From the NCBI GenBank assembly GCA_014437165.1, contig GCA_014437165.1_4090.3: a stretch of 64,000 nucleotides of DNA; one strand, written 5' to 3'. The notes below the pieces were generated by a model. The model saw only the letters and a program-made list of their open reading frames with translations, made no database searches and was not told the DNA's origin. Origin of the DNA: a phage. Below are positions 18,576 to 27,895 of this stretch, one piece after another. The translations under genes were made by a program, and so were the position numbers. How positions within the stretch are numbered: position 1 is the first letter of the stretch; the number at the start of each line of letters is the position of its first letter.

Positions 18576-18764
18576 ATGCATAAAGAATACTACACAAAAT
18601 ATTTCCCAATGTACCTCAGAACTAATCTATTAGATAAACCTCGCGGTATCAATGCACAAAATGATAAAGTGTATTTTACTATGTGCACTAAAGCATGTAT
18701 ACTAGATTTTGACAGCTACCATCGAGTACTGTATCATACCCTGTACCTAGCTTTCGTATTCTAA
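18576..18764 (+). CDS. small protein, family A (MHKEYYTKY…)
   Basis: internal ATG 18576 (Met16 of track ORF) gives the conserved N-terminus. Confidence 0.55.
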   Translation: MHKEYYTKYFPMYLRTNLLDKPRGINAQNDKVYFTMCTKACILDFDSYHRVLYHTLYLAFVF

Positions 18765-18773
18765 GAGAACAAT

Positions 18774-18959
18774 ATGCATAAAGAATTCTACTTAAGCCAT
18801 CTGGATCTAAACTCCCAAATGCTTATACCACTAATCCCAATAGATATCAAGGATAAGAAAAATACCGAACAATTCATTTACCATACACAGTGTGCGATCA
18901 CCCCAAATTACATTCCATATGAATTGTACTACATTCTCGCCCTAATATATAGGTACTAA
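18774..18959 (+). CDS. small protein, family A
   Basis: MHKEFY N-terminus, LALIYRY C-terminus. Confidence 0.6.
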   Translation: MHKEFYLSHLDLNSQMLIPLIPIDIKDKKNTEQFIYHTQCAITPNYIPYELYYILALIYRY

Positions 18960-18960
18960 T

Positions 18961-19146
18961 ATGCATAGAGAATACTACACACAATTTGTTAAAGGGAACT
19001 ACAAACATGCCGTACCCAGAACCCCTTTAAATTCTCATGACCCAAGTACTATATTCTTGTTTAATGACGCAATACGTACAGTACTCAATACTAAAGATGA
19101 AGATGTGCAGTACGTATTCTTACTATTACTTATATACAGACACTAA
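18961..19146 (+). CDS. small protein, family A
   Basis: MHREYYTQF…LLLIYRH. Confidence 0.6.
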   Translation: MHREYYTQFVKGNYKHAVPRTPLNSHDPSTIFLFNDAIRTVLNTKDEDVQYVFLLLLIYRH

Positions 19147-19151
19147 CTAAT

Positions 19152-19334
19152 ATGAATAAAGAACATAAAGAATTCTATATAAGAAAACTAACATTCGTCC
19201 CCGTAAGAATATATAAAGAATGCGACCCAAGATTATACCTATGGCACTTCAATGAGTGCATAAAAGATTCTATATACCCTAAGAACTATAAAGAACAATT
19301 GTGCTCAGTACTAACACTAGTACTATCATATTAA
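19152..19334 (+). CDS. small protein, family A
   Basis: MNKEHKEFY…NECI…. Confidence 0.6.
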   Translation: MNKEHKEFYIRKLTFVPVRIYKECDPRLYLWHFNECIKDSIYPKNYKEQLCSVLTLVLSY

Positions 19335-19349
19335 TTAATAGAGAATACT

Positions 19350-19541
19350 ATGTATAAAAACTTCTATATAAGTAAACTAAAAGAAAATGAACAAGTATGG
19401 ATTAGATCTATAATTCCACTGGCATTTAATAGATATGCATTTAACAGATGTACCGAGATTGCTATAGACCCTTATAATATTAAAGAGAATGTACAGTATA
19501 ATCAGTACTACTATATCTTAATGCTTATATATAGGAAGTAA
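19350..19541 (+). CDS. small protein, family A
   Basis: MYKNFY…LMLIYRK. Confidence 0.6.
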   Translation: MYKNFYISKLKENEQVWIRSIIPLAFNRYAFNRCTEIAIDPYNIKENVQYNQYYYILMLIYRK

Positions 19542-19560
19542 TTAAACACAAGTAGACAGG

Positions 19561-19643
19561 GGAAGCTCCTAGTGAACAACCTTTATGTACAGGCGAATTG
19601 TTAAAATTCAGCCTGGACAAATGCGATCACTAGGATTCTCCCC
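19561..19643. repeat. 17-bp imperfect inverted repeat GGGGAAGCTCCTAGTGA ... TCACTAGGATTCTCCCC with ~50-bp loop
   Basis: read directly at the end of the family A array. Confidence 0.5.
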
Positions 19644-20178
19644 AGGCTAAACCCCGTAATCATAGGTAGTCATAAGTAATCATATATAAACATTTATATG
19701 AGCACCGTAGAATCACAGAATGATTATATATGATTCAGTACTGATTAGTATAGACAAGATTGCTCAAGAATGCACGGAAATGTGTGTGAATGATTCAGTA
19801 CTGATATGCCACTAAGTAGGCAGAGGAAGTCTGCCGTACTTTGTAGTTTCCAAGCTCCTTTTCCATTTTCAAATTACATCAAATGTAATCAAAAGTAATC
19901 ACGCAATGATTAGTACTGAATTATTACTTTCACCTTAATTACAATTACCCTTTTACCCTTCGGGGTAAAATTCCATTACCCCTTGAGGCTCCAGCAAAAA
20001 GTTGGTTAGTACTCCATCCTAAATCTCGATCCTAAAAATTTTGGAGTACCTATGAAATAAAAGTTGGATCTTCGAAAGTTGAAATTTACGTTGGGACGTT
20101 TATGATTTGTGGGATATAATGATGTTTGTAGACGGGTAGTTCTCAAGAATATCAGTACTGAATGGTGAAAGAAAGTTA

Positions 20179-20206
20179 TTGACATTATGATTCAGTACTG
20201 TATAAT
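20179..20206 (+). promoter_or_regulatory. sigma70-type promoter TTGACA-16-TATAAT with no ORF downstream
   Basis: TTGACA 20179-20184, TATAAT 20201-20206; downstream ~200 nt lacks SD/ORF and ends at perfect hairpin CCACCAGCTTGTGCTGGTGG. Confidence 0.4.
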
Positions 20207-20565
20207 GTTCTACATAGGGTGATGAGTTGCTGCGAACAATTCATTTACTCTACCTCCTGTCGTGAGACAGTACAGAAAAGATAGTTCCTCCTGTGGTGGT
20301 ACATCTTTTTGAACCTCATATGAAAATCGTAATAACAGTACTGACATTAACAGAATGGTGTCAGTACTGATTTTAATCTAAAGCATTATGCCACCAGCTT
20401 GTGCTGGTGGATTCCCTCTAACAGTATTCAGTACTACATGATAGTCTTCATCCTCCTACAGTAACAGTGAGGGCTATTGTGGGAGTACTGAATACTCCCT
20501 TCTTAAAGATAGATCTATGGTATAGTACTGACGGATTTTGGGCGTAGTAACCCTAGGTTGAATTT

Positions 20566-20720
20566 AGACGTAGAGATGTCTAGACCTCCAGATGGCTGGA
20601 AGTAAAGATGGCTATCCCTCTAGGCGGCTGGATGGCTAGATTTCTAGATGGCTGTACTGCTAGACGTTTGGACGGCTAAACGGCTAGATGGTTACACGTC
20701 TGGATGTATAGACGGCTAAA
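20566..20720. repeat. iteron-like array of about 10 degenerate direct repeats (C)TAGAYGGCT
   Basis: AGATGGCT/GGATGGCT/AGACGGCT/GGACGGCT copies at ~10-16-bp spacing. Confidence 0.6.
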
Positions 20721-21419
20721 TCAAAATTTTTATTTTATTTTTTCCAATAGTTCCCCTACCGCGTGGGGATGGTTTCCCCGCAGTATCTGGAGTTAGATTT
20801 TTCTGAATCTGGAATCATTATCTAATAAACTGGGGGCAATGTCAACCGCCTGGATGAATAATTTTAAAAAATAATCTAGTACTGAATTTTAGATACAACT
20901 ATGCACCCGGTGGGCTAGAGTCTTTCTCGACTTGATGAAACTATTATACAGTACTGAAAAAATAAAGCAATACCCTAAACGCAAAAAGTTTTAATTAATT
21001 TGCTTGCCATCCTGGGGCGTACTATGATACTATTATTCAGTACTGAGAAAGTGCTATGACCTGCTAAGGTGCGGGAGTGTATCCTTTTTAAATTTACTGA
21101 ATTTTGGGCGTAATTCCGCACCCCCTGGGGTATCCGCTTTCTCGCGTCTATGTAGTAATTATACGCTTTTTTAGTACTGAGTCAATAGCTAAAAACAAAA
21201 TAATTGAAAATAATTTAACGCGTTTAAACGGCCCGTAAAGCCCTGGTTAGCTGGTGGCGGTGCAAATGTATAGCTTAGGTGTATTAATGCGTTAGAATGC
21301 GATTGAGGACGTTTTACGGGGTATAGTACTGAATCAGTACTGAAAGATTGTTCTCCCTGGATTGTTCCAGTACTCCTATATAGAAAGAAAACTATTTTAA
21401 AAGTATTTGTAGAAAGTAC

Positions 21420-21447
21420 TTGCAAAGTATTGGGAAAGGTGTAGAAT
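21420..21447 (+). promoter_or_regulatory. promoter TTGCAA-16-TAGAAT followed by 5'-UTR hairpin
   Basis: precedes ATG 21505; hairpin CGGGGGAGACGCTCCCG between -10 and SD. Confidence 0.5.
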
Positions 21448-21504
21448 GTTTTACATCGAGACGGGGGAGACGCTCCCGACTCACTTTTAAAAGAGATTAA
21501 AACG

Positions 21505-21867
21505 ATGGCTACTAAAATCAATACTATCATGCTTAACCTGGTTTCTTTCCGTGAAGAGATGAAAGATCTTCCCGCTGAGACTGTACGGATTCACATTGCA
21601 GCTTATCGGGAATTGATTGCAATGTTGCCGCTTAAGCGTGAACAGTACGCCGCTACTGCAATGCTGGATGCAATGATCCATAAGATGATCCAGACTGATT
21701 TAACGATGGCTTATCAGTACATGGGCGAAATGTTTGCAGTGTATAGCAAGCCAGTACCAGGAATGGAAAGTACAGAAGTATTGCACGGCTTAAACTTAAA
21801 ACAAGATGCATGGGATAATATGCCTCGTTTCCTGGTATGGGCTGACAGTGGCAAGATTTACGAATAA
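21505..21867 (+). CDS. hypothetical protein (120 aa)
   Basis: ORF with own promoter + hairpin + SD. Confidence 0.6.
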   Translation: MATKINTIMLNLVSFREEMKDLPAETVRIHIAAYRELIAMLPLKREQYAATAMLDAMIHKMIQTDLTMAYQYMGEMFAVYSKPVPGMESTEVLHGLNLKQDAWDNMPRFLVWADSGKIYE

Positions 21868-21881
21868 GTTTAATAAAGTAC

Positions 21882-21909
21882 TTGCAAACTAAGTTTAAAA
21901 GCGTATAAT
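21882..21909 (+). promoter_or_regulatory. promoter TTGCAA-16-TATAAT (PeSL-like cassette with hairpin 21922-21940 GTGGGGAATAGTTCCCCAC)
   Basis: consensus hexamers; 5' hairpin immediately after TACATCA start region; SD AAGAGGA. Confidence 0.65.
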
Positions 21910-21961
21910 ACTTTACATCAGGTGGGGAATAGTTCCCCACTATAATTAAGAGGATTTAAAA

Positions 21962-22201
21962 ATGGCTAAATCAAAAATGTTCTTAGGACACAAAAACAAA
22001 ACTCAATGGAATGTAAGCCTTTGGATTAATAACGACGAATCATTATACCGGTTGGCCCAGGACTTTATTGCCGCTAACACTAATCGTAATGATGCGGCCC
22101 GTCATATGATGCTATTTTTAGAACAGACTGGACAAGATAAAACACCGGACGGCTTTAAGTATAGCACTACTGCGATCCGTGCGGCGATGGTTGGAATGTA
22201 A
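21962..22201 (+). CDS. hypothetical protein (79 aa); paralog of 24362-24601
   Basis: GHKNKTxWNVSLWINNDESLYR…TPDGFKYSTTAIRAAMVGM shared with 24362 product. Confidence 0.7.
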   Translation: MAKSKMFLGHKNKTQWNVSLWINNDESLYRLAQDFIAANTNRNDAARHMMLFLEQTGQDKTPDGFKYSTTAIRAAMVGM

Positions 22202-22283
22202 GAGAATAGATTAAAAGTACTATTGCACGGTGATAGTACTTTATAATAGATTTCTTTTATACAACAACGATAGGGGTAACAGC

Positions 22284-22550
22284 ATGAATATTATATACTT
22301 TGCAACGCGTGAACTTGCTCGGATTGCCGCACGCCAGGACGGGGCGACGTTTAAAGATATGGGCGTACAATCTGAACGTGGTAAACGTTGGGCCGTAGTA
22401 AAGCAAAGTACAGCCCGATCAATTCAGTACTGGCTATCTGCTTTAAAGCGTCCTGATAGTGTATCGCGTCGCGTGGTAGAAATAAAGCACGACCGCAAGG
22501 GCAACCGCGTTACTGTGTACAGTACTAAAAAGATAGCAGTACTTGAATAA
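22284..22550 (+). CDS. hypothetical protein; paralog of 34763-35158 (…HDRKGNRVTVYS)
   Basis: ATG 22284 chosen (track start 22230 lies inside the promoter). Confidence 0.6.
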   Translation: MNIIYFATRELARIAARQDGATFKDMGVQSERGKRWAVVKQSTARSIQYWLSALKRPDSVSRRVVEIKHDRKGNRVTVYSTKKIAVLE

Positions 22551-22556
22551 AAGTAC

Positions 22557-22584
22557 TTGCAAAGTAAGTTAAAAGGCGTATAAT
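22557..22584 (+). promoter_or_regulatory. promoter TTGCAA-16-TATAAT + hairpin GGTGGGGAAGTATTCCCCACC (22596-22616)
   Basis: same cassette architecture. Confidence 0.65.
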
Positions 22585-22634
22585 ACTTTCTATCAGGTGG
22601 GGAAGTATTCCCCACCACATAAGAGGATTTAAAA

Positions 22635-22865
22635 ATGACTATCATGTATATGACCGAAGTTAAAACTGTAAAAGATACTACCACTGATAAAACTACTTAC
22701 TTACAGCGGATCTGTGGTGTATGGCAACGTATCAGTAAAGCAAAGTACTATAAATTAACATCATATGCCAATCGTTCGGATTCATTCAGTACTGAAATAA
22801 AAGGTAATAAAGTACACCAATACGGCACTTATTACTATTATAGCCTGGACGCGATTGCAGTCTAA
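22635..22865 (+). CDS. hypothetical protein (76 aa)
   Basis: SD AAGAGGA 8 nt upstream. Confidence 0.6.
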   Translation: MTIMYMTEVKTVKDTTTDKTTYLQRICGVWQRISKAKYYKLTSYANRSDSFSTEIKGNKVHQYGTYYYYSLDAIAV

Positions 22866-23291
22866 GCAGTTTTTGAAAATATTTACAATTGCCGGTATTG
22901 ACTTATTTTGTCAGTACTGGCATAATGTATCTATTGAAACGAACAATTTGGCCCACGGGGTGCGGGAGTGTATCTATAGAAAAAGTAGTTTAGTACAGTT
23001 ACAATTGTGCACCCGGTGGGTTAGCTGTTGTCATGGGGTATATTATACCAGTACTGGATAGTGCTGTCAATACCTTTTTACTATTCAGTACTTAAAACTA
23101 TTTTCAAAAAGTACTTGCAAACTATGTTTAAAGGCGTATAATGTTTTACATCAGGACGGGGAATGAATAAGTAACTCCCCGTTAAGTAGCCCAGGAGTAA
23201 GGCACACGAAAAACTCCCCTGATAAAATAGTTTGACAATTGTTTTTAAAAGCGTATAATACTTACATCAACTACTGAATGAGGGTTACAAA

Positions 23292-23903
23292 ATGAAAACT
23301 ATCACTACTACTACTTATGTTATGGCTTTTTCTGAATTGAACGCAGAACAACAAACGTCAGCTATCGAACTGGTTCGGGATCGGGAACGTTCAAGCGGTG
23401 ATGATTTCTTTTCTGAGTCAGTGATCGAGTACTATAAAGAAACAGTACTACCAGAATATGGAATTGATGACGCTGATTTGCAATTCAGTGGTTTTTGGTC
23501 GCAGGGTGACGGTGCATCAATCAGTACTGACCACGTTGACGCAGTGAAGTTTTTACGCAAGGTAAGAGCATTAACTAAGTATCGCTCAATCCGTCACCTG
23601 CTGAATGAAGATGATTTGGCGATGAGTGTAAAGCGTTCTCACTCCCACTACTCGCATGAGAACACTGTAAGCGGGTACATTGAATCGGCTTACACTGATT
23701 TAACCGCAAAACAAGAAACGTTAGTTAATGAGCTTGAGGAACTACTCACTGATACTATTCGTGAATTATCCCGCAAGTTGTACCGTGATTTAGAGAATGC
23801 ATATGAGGATCAATTCACTACTGAAAACATTACGGCACTGATTGAGGGTAACGAATATCAATTCAATGTTATTGATGGCGTAGTAGAATCAATCGAATAT
23901 TAA
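23292..23903 (+). CDS. hypothetical acidic protein (203 aa)
   Basis: SD GAGGG; preceded by tandem promoter/structured leader element 23147-23275. Confidence 0.65.
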   Translation: MKTITTTTYVMAFSELNAEQQTSAIELVRDRERSSGDDFFSESVIEYYKETVLPEYGIDDADLQFSGFWSQGDGASISTDHVDAVKFLRKVRALTKYRSIRHLLNEDDLAMSVKRSHSHYSHENTVSGYIESAYTDLTAKQETLVNELEELLTDTIRELSRKLYRDLENAYEDQFTTENITALIEGNEYQFNVIDGVVESIEY

Positions 23904-23915
23904 TTCAAAAAGTAC

Positions 23916-23943
23916 TTGCAAACTAAGTTTAAAAGCGTATAAT
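23916..23943 (+). promoter_or_regulatory. promoter TTGCAA-16-TATAAT + hairpin GAGGCGGGGAATGGTTCCCCGCTC
   Basis: cassette before 23997. Confidence 0.65.
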
Positions 23944-23996
23944 ACTTTATATCGAGGCGGGGAATGGTTCCCCGCTCACACTAAAAGGGCAACAAA

Positions 23997-24263
23997 ATGA
24001 AAACTTTAAATATCACAACTGCACATCAATTGGTTCGGGATGCAATGGATCATGTGCAAGATTTCTTCCCTGATGTAAGTGTCGTAACTTATGAAAAAGG
24101 TACTTGGACTTATTCAACAATTAATGGTTATGAGCCTGATTTTGATGACCTGGAAGAAATGGAATTTAATTTTGATCTGCTGAATGATGCCGCCCGTGAA
24201 GTTGAAAACGATGTTCAATACATTGATGGAGTAGTCGCACCTGATGCAGTAAAAGGATTATAA
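23997..24263 (+). CDS. hypothetical acidic protein (88 aa)
   Basis: cassette + SD. Confidence 0.6.
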   Translation: MKTLNITTAHQLVRDAMDHVQDFFPDVSVVTYEKGTWTYSTINGYEPDFDDLEEMEFNFDLLNDAAREVENDVQYIDGVVAPDAVKGL

Positions 24264-24361
24264 AATTTAAAAAGTACTTGCATTGTAGTTAGATTAACGT
24301 ATAATACTTTATATCGAGGCGGGAGAATGGTTCTCCCGCTCAATCAAACGAGGATTTAAAA

Positions 24362-24601
24362 ATGGCTAGTACTAAATCTTACAACGGTCACAAAAACAAA
24401 ACTCATTGGAATGTTTCATTGTGGATTAATAACGATGAGTCATTGTACCGGATCGCTCAACGTTGGATCGCACAAAGTAGTACTAAAGATTATGCTGCTG
24501 AATGTATGTACCGCGAATTAAAAGCAAACGGTACTACTACAACGCCGGACGGATTCAAGTATAGCACTACTGCGATCCGTGCTGCAATGGTTGGAATGTA
24601 A
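24362..24601 (+). CDS. hypothetical protein; paralog of 21962-22201
   Basis: shared motifs. Confidence 0.7.
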   Translation: MASTKSYNGHKNKTHWNVSLWINNDESLYRIAQRWIAQSSTKDYAAECMYRELKANGTTTTPDGFKYSTTAIRAAMVGM

Positions 24602-24620
24602 CATTCAGTACTGAATCAAT

Positions 24621-24643
24621 GGCGGGGATTGGTTCCCGCCTTT
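24621..24643 (+). terminator. hairpin GGCGGGGATTGGTTCCCGCC + TTT
   Basis: after stop of 24362-24601. Confidence 0.5.
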
Positions 24644-24658
24644 ACTGAGGATTATCTA

Positions 24659-24943
24659 ATGAGCAAAGTAATTAACTATACAGTACTAAGTAAATCATTA
24701 TCTATCAGCCATTGCACCGATGGTTATTGGCTTTATGATGAAACACGCGGCATGAATTTAGCTATGCAGGAGAAAACTACAGATGCGGCATATCTTAAAG
24801 CACTGGAATACTACCAGAAGCGATTAAAGGAAGTAGAAAACGATTATAATAACCTGAAAGCGAAAGTAGATCATTTCGTCGGTCAATTCGTTGACGATGA
24901 CGAGGACGGGCACTACTGCGACCGTTGCGGATCTTACAGTTAA
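24659..24943 (+). CDS. hypothetical protein (C-terminal CxxC: HYCDRCGSYS)
   Basis: ATG 24659 after SD GAGGA (track start 24629 sits in hairpin). Confidence 0.55.
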   Translation: MSKVINYTVLSKSLSISHCTDGYWLYDETRGMNLAMQEKTTDAAYLKALEYYQKRLKEVENDYNNLKAKVDHFVGQFVDDDEDGHYCDRCGSYS

Positions 24944-24960
24944 GTACTGAGGATTATCTA

Positions 24961-25164
24961 ATGAGTGATTTAATTGAACGTATCAAAGAGCTTGAAGAAA
25001 AAGAATTACAGTTAATCGGCTTACAGAATAAAGTATTCCATGATTTAGGTGGCTTTATTAATGCCTGGGATAGTGGCGATCCTGAAGCGTTACCTGCTAA
25101 CCGCCAGGCAATGATCAATGATGTGCGTGATGTCTTTGAGTATGTTTTAAAGCAATTAAATTAA
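24961..25164 (+). CDS. hypothetical protein (68 aa)
   Basis: same SD sequence ACTGAGGATTATCTAATGAG as the previous gene (duplicated junction). Confidence 0.55.
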   Translation: MSDLIERIKELEEKELQLIGLQNKVFHDLGGFINAWDSGDPEALPANRQAMINDVRDVFEYVLKQLN

Positions 25165-25250
25165 AAAAGTACTTGCAATTAGTTTTTAGTACTGTATAAT
25201 AGTTTACATAGAGGGGAGAAATGGTTCTCCCTGGTAATGAGGAAAATACA

Positions 25251-25472
25251 ATGGCTAATATCACTACTCTTTCTCAACTGGAAGCACTGGTTAAATCTAT
25301 GCGGGAACATGCCGACAATATCGGCGTAAAAGATCCAGCCGTTTGCTTCTGCGACGAAATGAATGATGATACACTGGTAATAGCAGAAGTACAAGATATT
25401 TCTAACTATTCATCGCGTTACACTGGCGGCGTAGCAAATAAAGGTGACTTCTGTTTATACCTTACTAAGTAA
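25251..25472 (+). CDS. hypothetical protein (73 aa)
   Basis: ATG 25251 after hairpin and SD. Confidence 0.55.
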   Translation: MANITTLSQLEALVKSMREHADNIGVKDPAVCFCDEMNDDTLVIAEVQDISNYSSRYTGGVANKGDFCLYLTK

Positions 25473-25719
25473 TACAGAGGGGATCAATTGGTCCCCTTTC
25501 TTTTTTCAGTACTGAATCATTTAATAGACGGATCTATGCACCCAGTGGGTTAGAGACTATCTCGTCTTTATGTAGTAATTATGCCAGTACTGGATGCAGT
25601 TGTCAACAATTATTTTTCAAATACTTTTATATTAAAGTACTTGCTATTAGTTTTTAAACGCGTATAATGTTTTACATCGAAAGGGGAAACGGTTCCCCTG
25701 GTAACTAAGGAATAAGAAA

Positions 25720-25956
25720 ATGGTCGAACAAATAAAATCAACGTCTGCGAATGTAACGGGAACAGTATCACACTTTATTGGTGATGAATCGCGGGGCGTT
25801 CCCTATTGTGCTGTACATGTAAACACTGATGGCAACTACTGGTTTACGGTTTACGGATCTTATTCATTTGGTCTGCCTGGACATCAAAAAATCCTGGATA
25901 AAGTACAGCCAACGGGTAAAAATATCACTGCTGAAATGTTTTATAAAAAATCATAA
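25720..25956 (+). CDS. hypothetical protein (78 aa)
   Basis: cassette + SD AAGGAA. Confidence 0.6.
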   Translation: MVEQIKSTSANVTGTVSHFIGDESRGVPYCAVHVNTDGNYWFTVYGSYSFGLPGHQKILDKVQPTGKNITAEMFYKKS

Positions 25957-26040
25957 AGTACTTGATAATAGTTTTTAGTACTGTATAATATTTTACATCG
26001 CAAGGGGTAGCGGTTCCCCCTGGTAACTAAGGATAATCAA

Positions 26041-26340
26041 ATGAAAGTTGCAATCATCGCCCTGGCTTTATCTGTTTCCTCTTTCGCTGTTAACGCATCG
26101 TTAGATGTGAGTAGTGATAAATTCATTCAGTGCACCGTAGCAATGACCAATGAAAGTACTGGCGAGATTGTTTTAAAGGATTTAGAGATCCAGCCAGAAG
26201 CATTTAAAAGCGGCCCGTTCCATGAAGAAGACGAAAAAGGTAGCACGACAATTTATTACGATGTAAGTACTAAGCGTGGATCGGTCACGGTTATGGATAC
26301 TGAGAAAGTAACGCACACCGGAGTAATTAACTGTTTATAA
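26041..26340 (+). CDS. small secreted/periplasmic protein with Sec-type signal peptide (MKVAIIALALSVSSFAVNA|S)
   Basis: N-terminal K + hydrophobic core + A-x-A-like cleavage motif. Confidence 0.65.
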   Translation: MKVAIIALALSVSSFAVNASLDVSSDKFIQCTVAMTNESTGEIVLKDLEIQPEAFKSGPFHEEDEKGSTTIYYDVSTKRGSVTVMDTEKVTHTGVINCL

Positions 26341-26357
26341 TATAGTACTGAATCACT

Positions 26358-26386
26358 AGCCCACCTTAAACAGTGGGCTTTTTTGT
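26358..26386 (+). terminator. intrinsic terminator AGCCCACC-TTAAACA-GTGGGCT + TTTTTTG
   Basis: classic hairpin + T-run; identical copy at 27093. Confidence 0.8.
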
Positions 26387-26588
26387 TTTTGTATTATCGT
26401 AGTACTGCATACTTTAAAAATAGTTTTAAAATAGTAGTTGACATTACCACAAAAAGGCGTAGAATGTATTACATCAAGACGGGGAGCACTAAGTAGACCG
26501 CCAGTAAGTCGAACGAAAAACTGGACACGTCGATAAAACTTTGATACACTAATAAACGTAAACTAAACTTTAATTGAGGATTTATAAA

Positions 26589-27071
26589 ATGGCTAATGTA
26601 AAATCATTCCTGAAAGCACTGATTTCAAACGATACTGTTATTGCTGCTGAATTGTTGGCTGACCTGGATAACGATACCATGAAAGCAGTACGCAACAATT
26701 TTAACATTGCGTACAGTGAAGCTAAAGAACTGCAAGCCAAAAAGGTAGCAGAACTGGAAGAACAGAAAAAAGCCCGTGAAGCCGAACTGCAAGCAACAAT
26801 CGAAAGTATCCAGGCGGCGGTGGCTGGATTGGATCTGGAAGTAGTTGTAGAAATGGCACATAAAGCCCTGGCGGTTAAGTATGGTGAAGATAAGCCAGAA
26901 TCTAAACCTAAAAAATGGATTCAAGAACGTGTTACTGTAGTACTTGATAACGGGGAAGAACATATGATTCCTGTACGCGGTAACTGCATTGCGGTAGTAC
27001 TGGACGCTATCAAAGAAAGCGGTATGACTCGCGAGGAATGGATCGAAGCTCATCGCAAAGTTGAAGCATAA
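26589..27071 (+). CDS. hypothetical coiled-coil protein (160 aa)
   Basis: ATG 26589 after SD GAGGA; Lys/Glu/Ala-rich heptad-like segment. Confidence 0.65.
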   Translation: MANVKSFLKALISNDTVIAAELLADLDNDTMKAVRNNFNIAYSEAKELQAKKVAELEEQKKAREAELQATIESIQAAVAGLDLEVVVEMAHKALAVKYGEDKPESKPKKWIQERVTVVLDNGEEHMIPVRGNCIAVVLDAIKESGMTREEWIEAHRKVEA

Positions 27072-27092
27072 CAATTAAAGTACTGAATCACT

Positions 27093-27120
27093 AGCCCACC
27101 TTAAACAGTGGGCTTTTTTG
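27093..27120 (+). terminator. intrinsic terminator (identical to 26358-26386)
   Basis: hairpin + T-run. Confidence 0.8.
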
Positions 27121-27356
27121 TGTCTGTAGTATTCCAGTCCACCAGCACCGCCTAGAATCGATTCTAACGCATTAAACTGATTATCTGATACATCGCCCTA
27201 GCTGGTGGCGTTAAGGTCGTTAGAATGCGATTGAGAGCGTTTAAAGTATTTTGCAAAAAGTAATAAAAAGTACTTGCACGATTAAGAGATTAGCGTATAA
27301 TGTTTTACATCGAGAGGGGGAAACGGTTCTCCTTCCAAATCAAAGGAATCAAAACA

Positions 27357-27584
27357 ATGGCTATTATCATTACTCGCGTATCTGGTACTACTGGCAACGA
27401 ACAAGTAGTTGCAGTCATTACTAACAAGGCAGGTGCGGAATTGCAAAATGCAATGAATACCTGGGCCGTTAATGAGTTCGGTCAGTGGGCAAGTGTAGCA
27501 TACATTGAAACCTATCAAGTGCCGTCGATTAGTTTAACTGATTTGGGCGTTGAGCGTATCCTTTGCCTGGATGAATTAAATTAA
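27357..27584 (+). CDS. hypothetical protein (75 aa)
   Basis: ATG 27357 after SD AAAGGAA. Confidence 0.55.
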   Translation: MAIIITRVSGTTGNEQVVAVITNKAGAELQNAMNTWAVNEFGQWASVAYIETYQVPSISLTDLGVERILCLDELN

Positions 27585-27671
27585 AAAAAGTACTTGCAAA
27601 GTAAATCGAATAAAGTATAATACATTACATCAAGGGGAGAAATGGTTCTCCCTGATAATGAGGAAACTAAA

Positions 27672-27884
27672 ATGGCTATCATTACTAAAATCAAAGTTAA
27701 CAAGACTATCGTTAAACTGGTAGAAGTGAAAGAAGGTTATAAAGTATCTTGGTGCGGTATGTATCGGACGTTCGCAGATATAGATGATGCGATCAATTAT
27801 TACAGTGACACGGTTAAAAACTTTGTTCGTGCTGATGTGGTTATGGCAGTGGCAACATATAAAGCAGCGAAAGAAAGTAAGTAA
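27672..27884 (+). CDS. hypothetical protein (70 aa)
   Basis: ATG 27672 after SD GAGGAAA. Confidence 0.55.
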   Translation: MAIITKIKVNKTIVKLVEVKEGYKVSWCGMYRTFADIDDAINYYSDTVKNFVRADVVMAVATYKAAKESK

Positions 27885-27895
27885 AAATATTATCA

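Noticed and set aside
26625-27074. 149-aa minus-strand ORF antisense to 26589-27071
   Set aside because: No promoter or SD on the minus strand; the plus-strand gene has promoter, SD and terminator, and the antisense product is low complexity.
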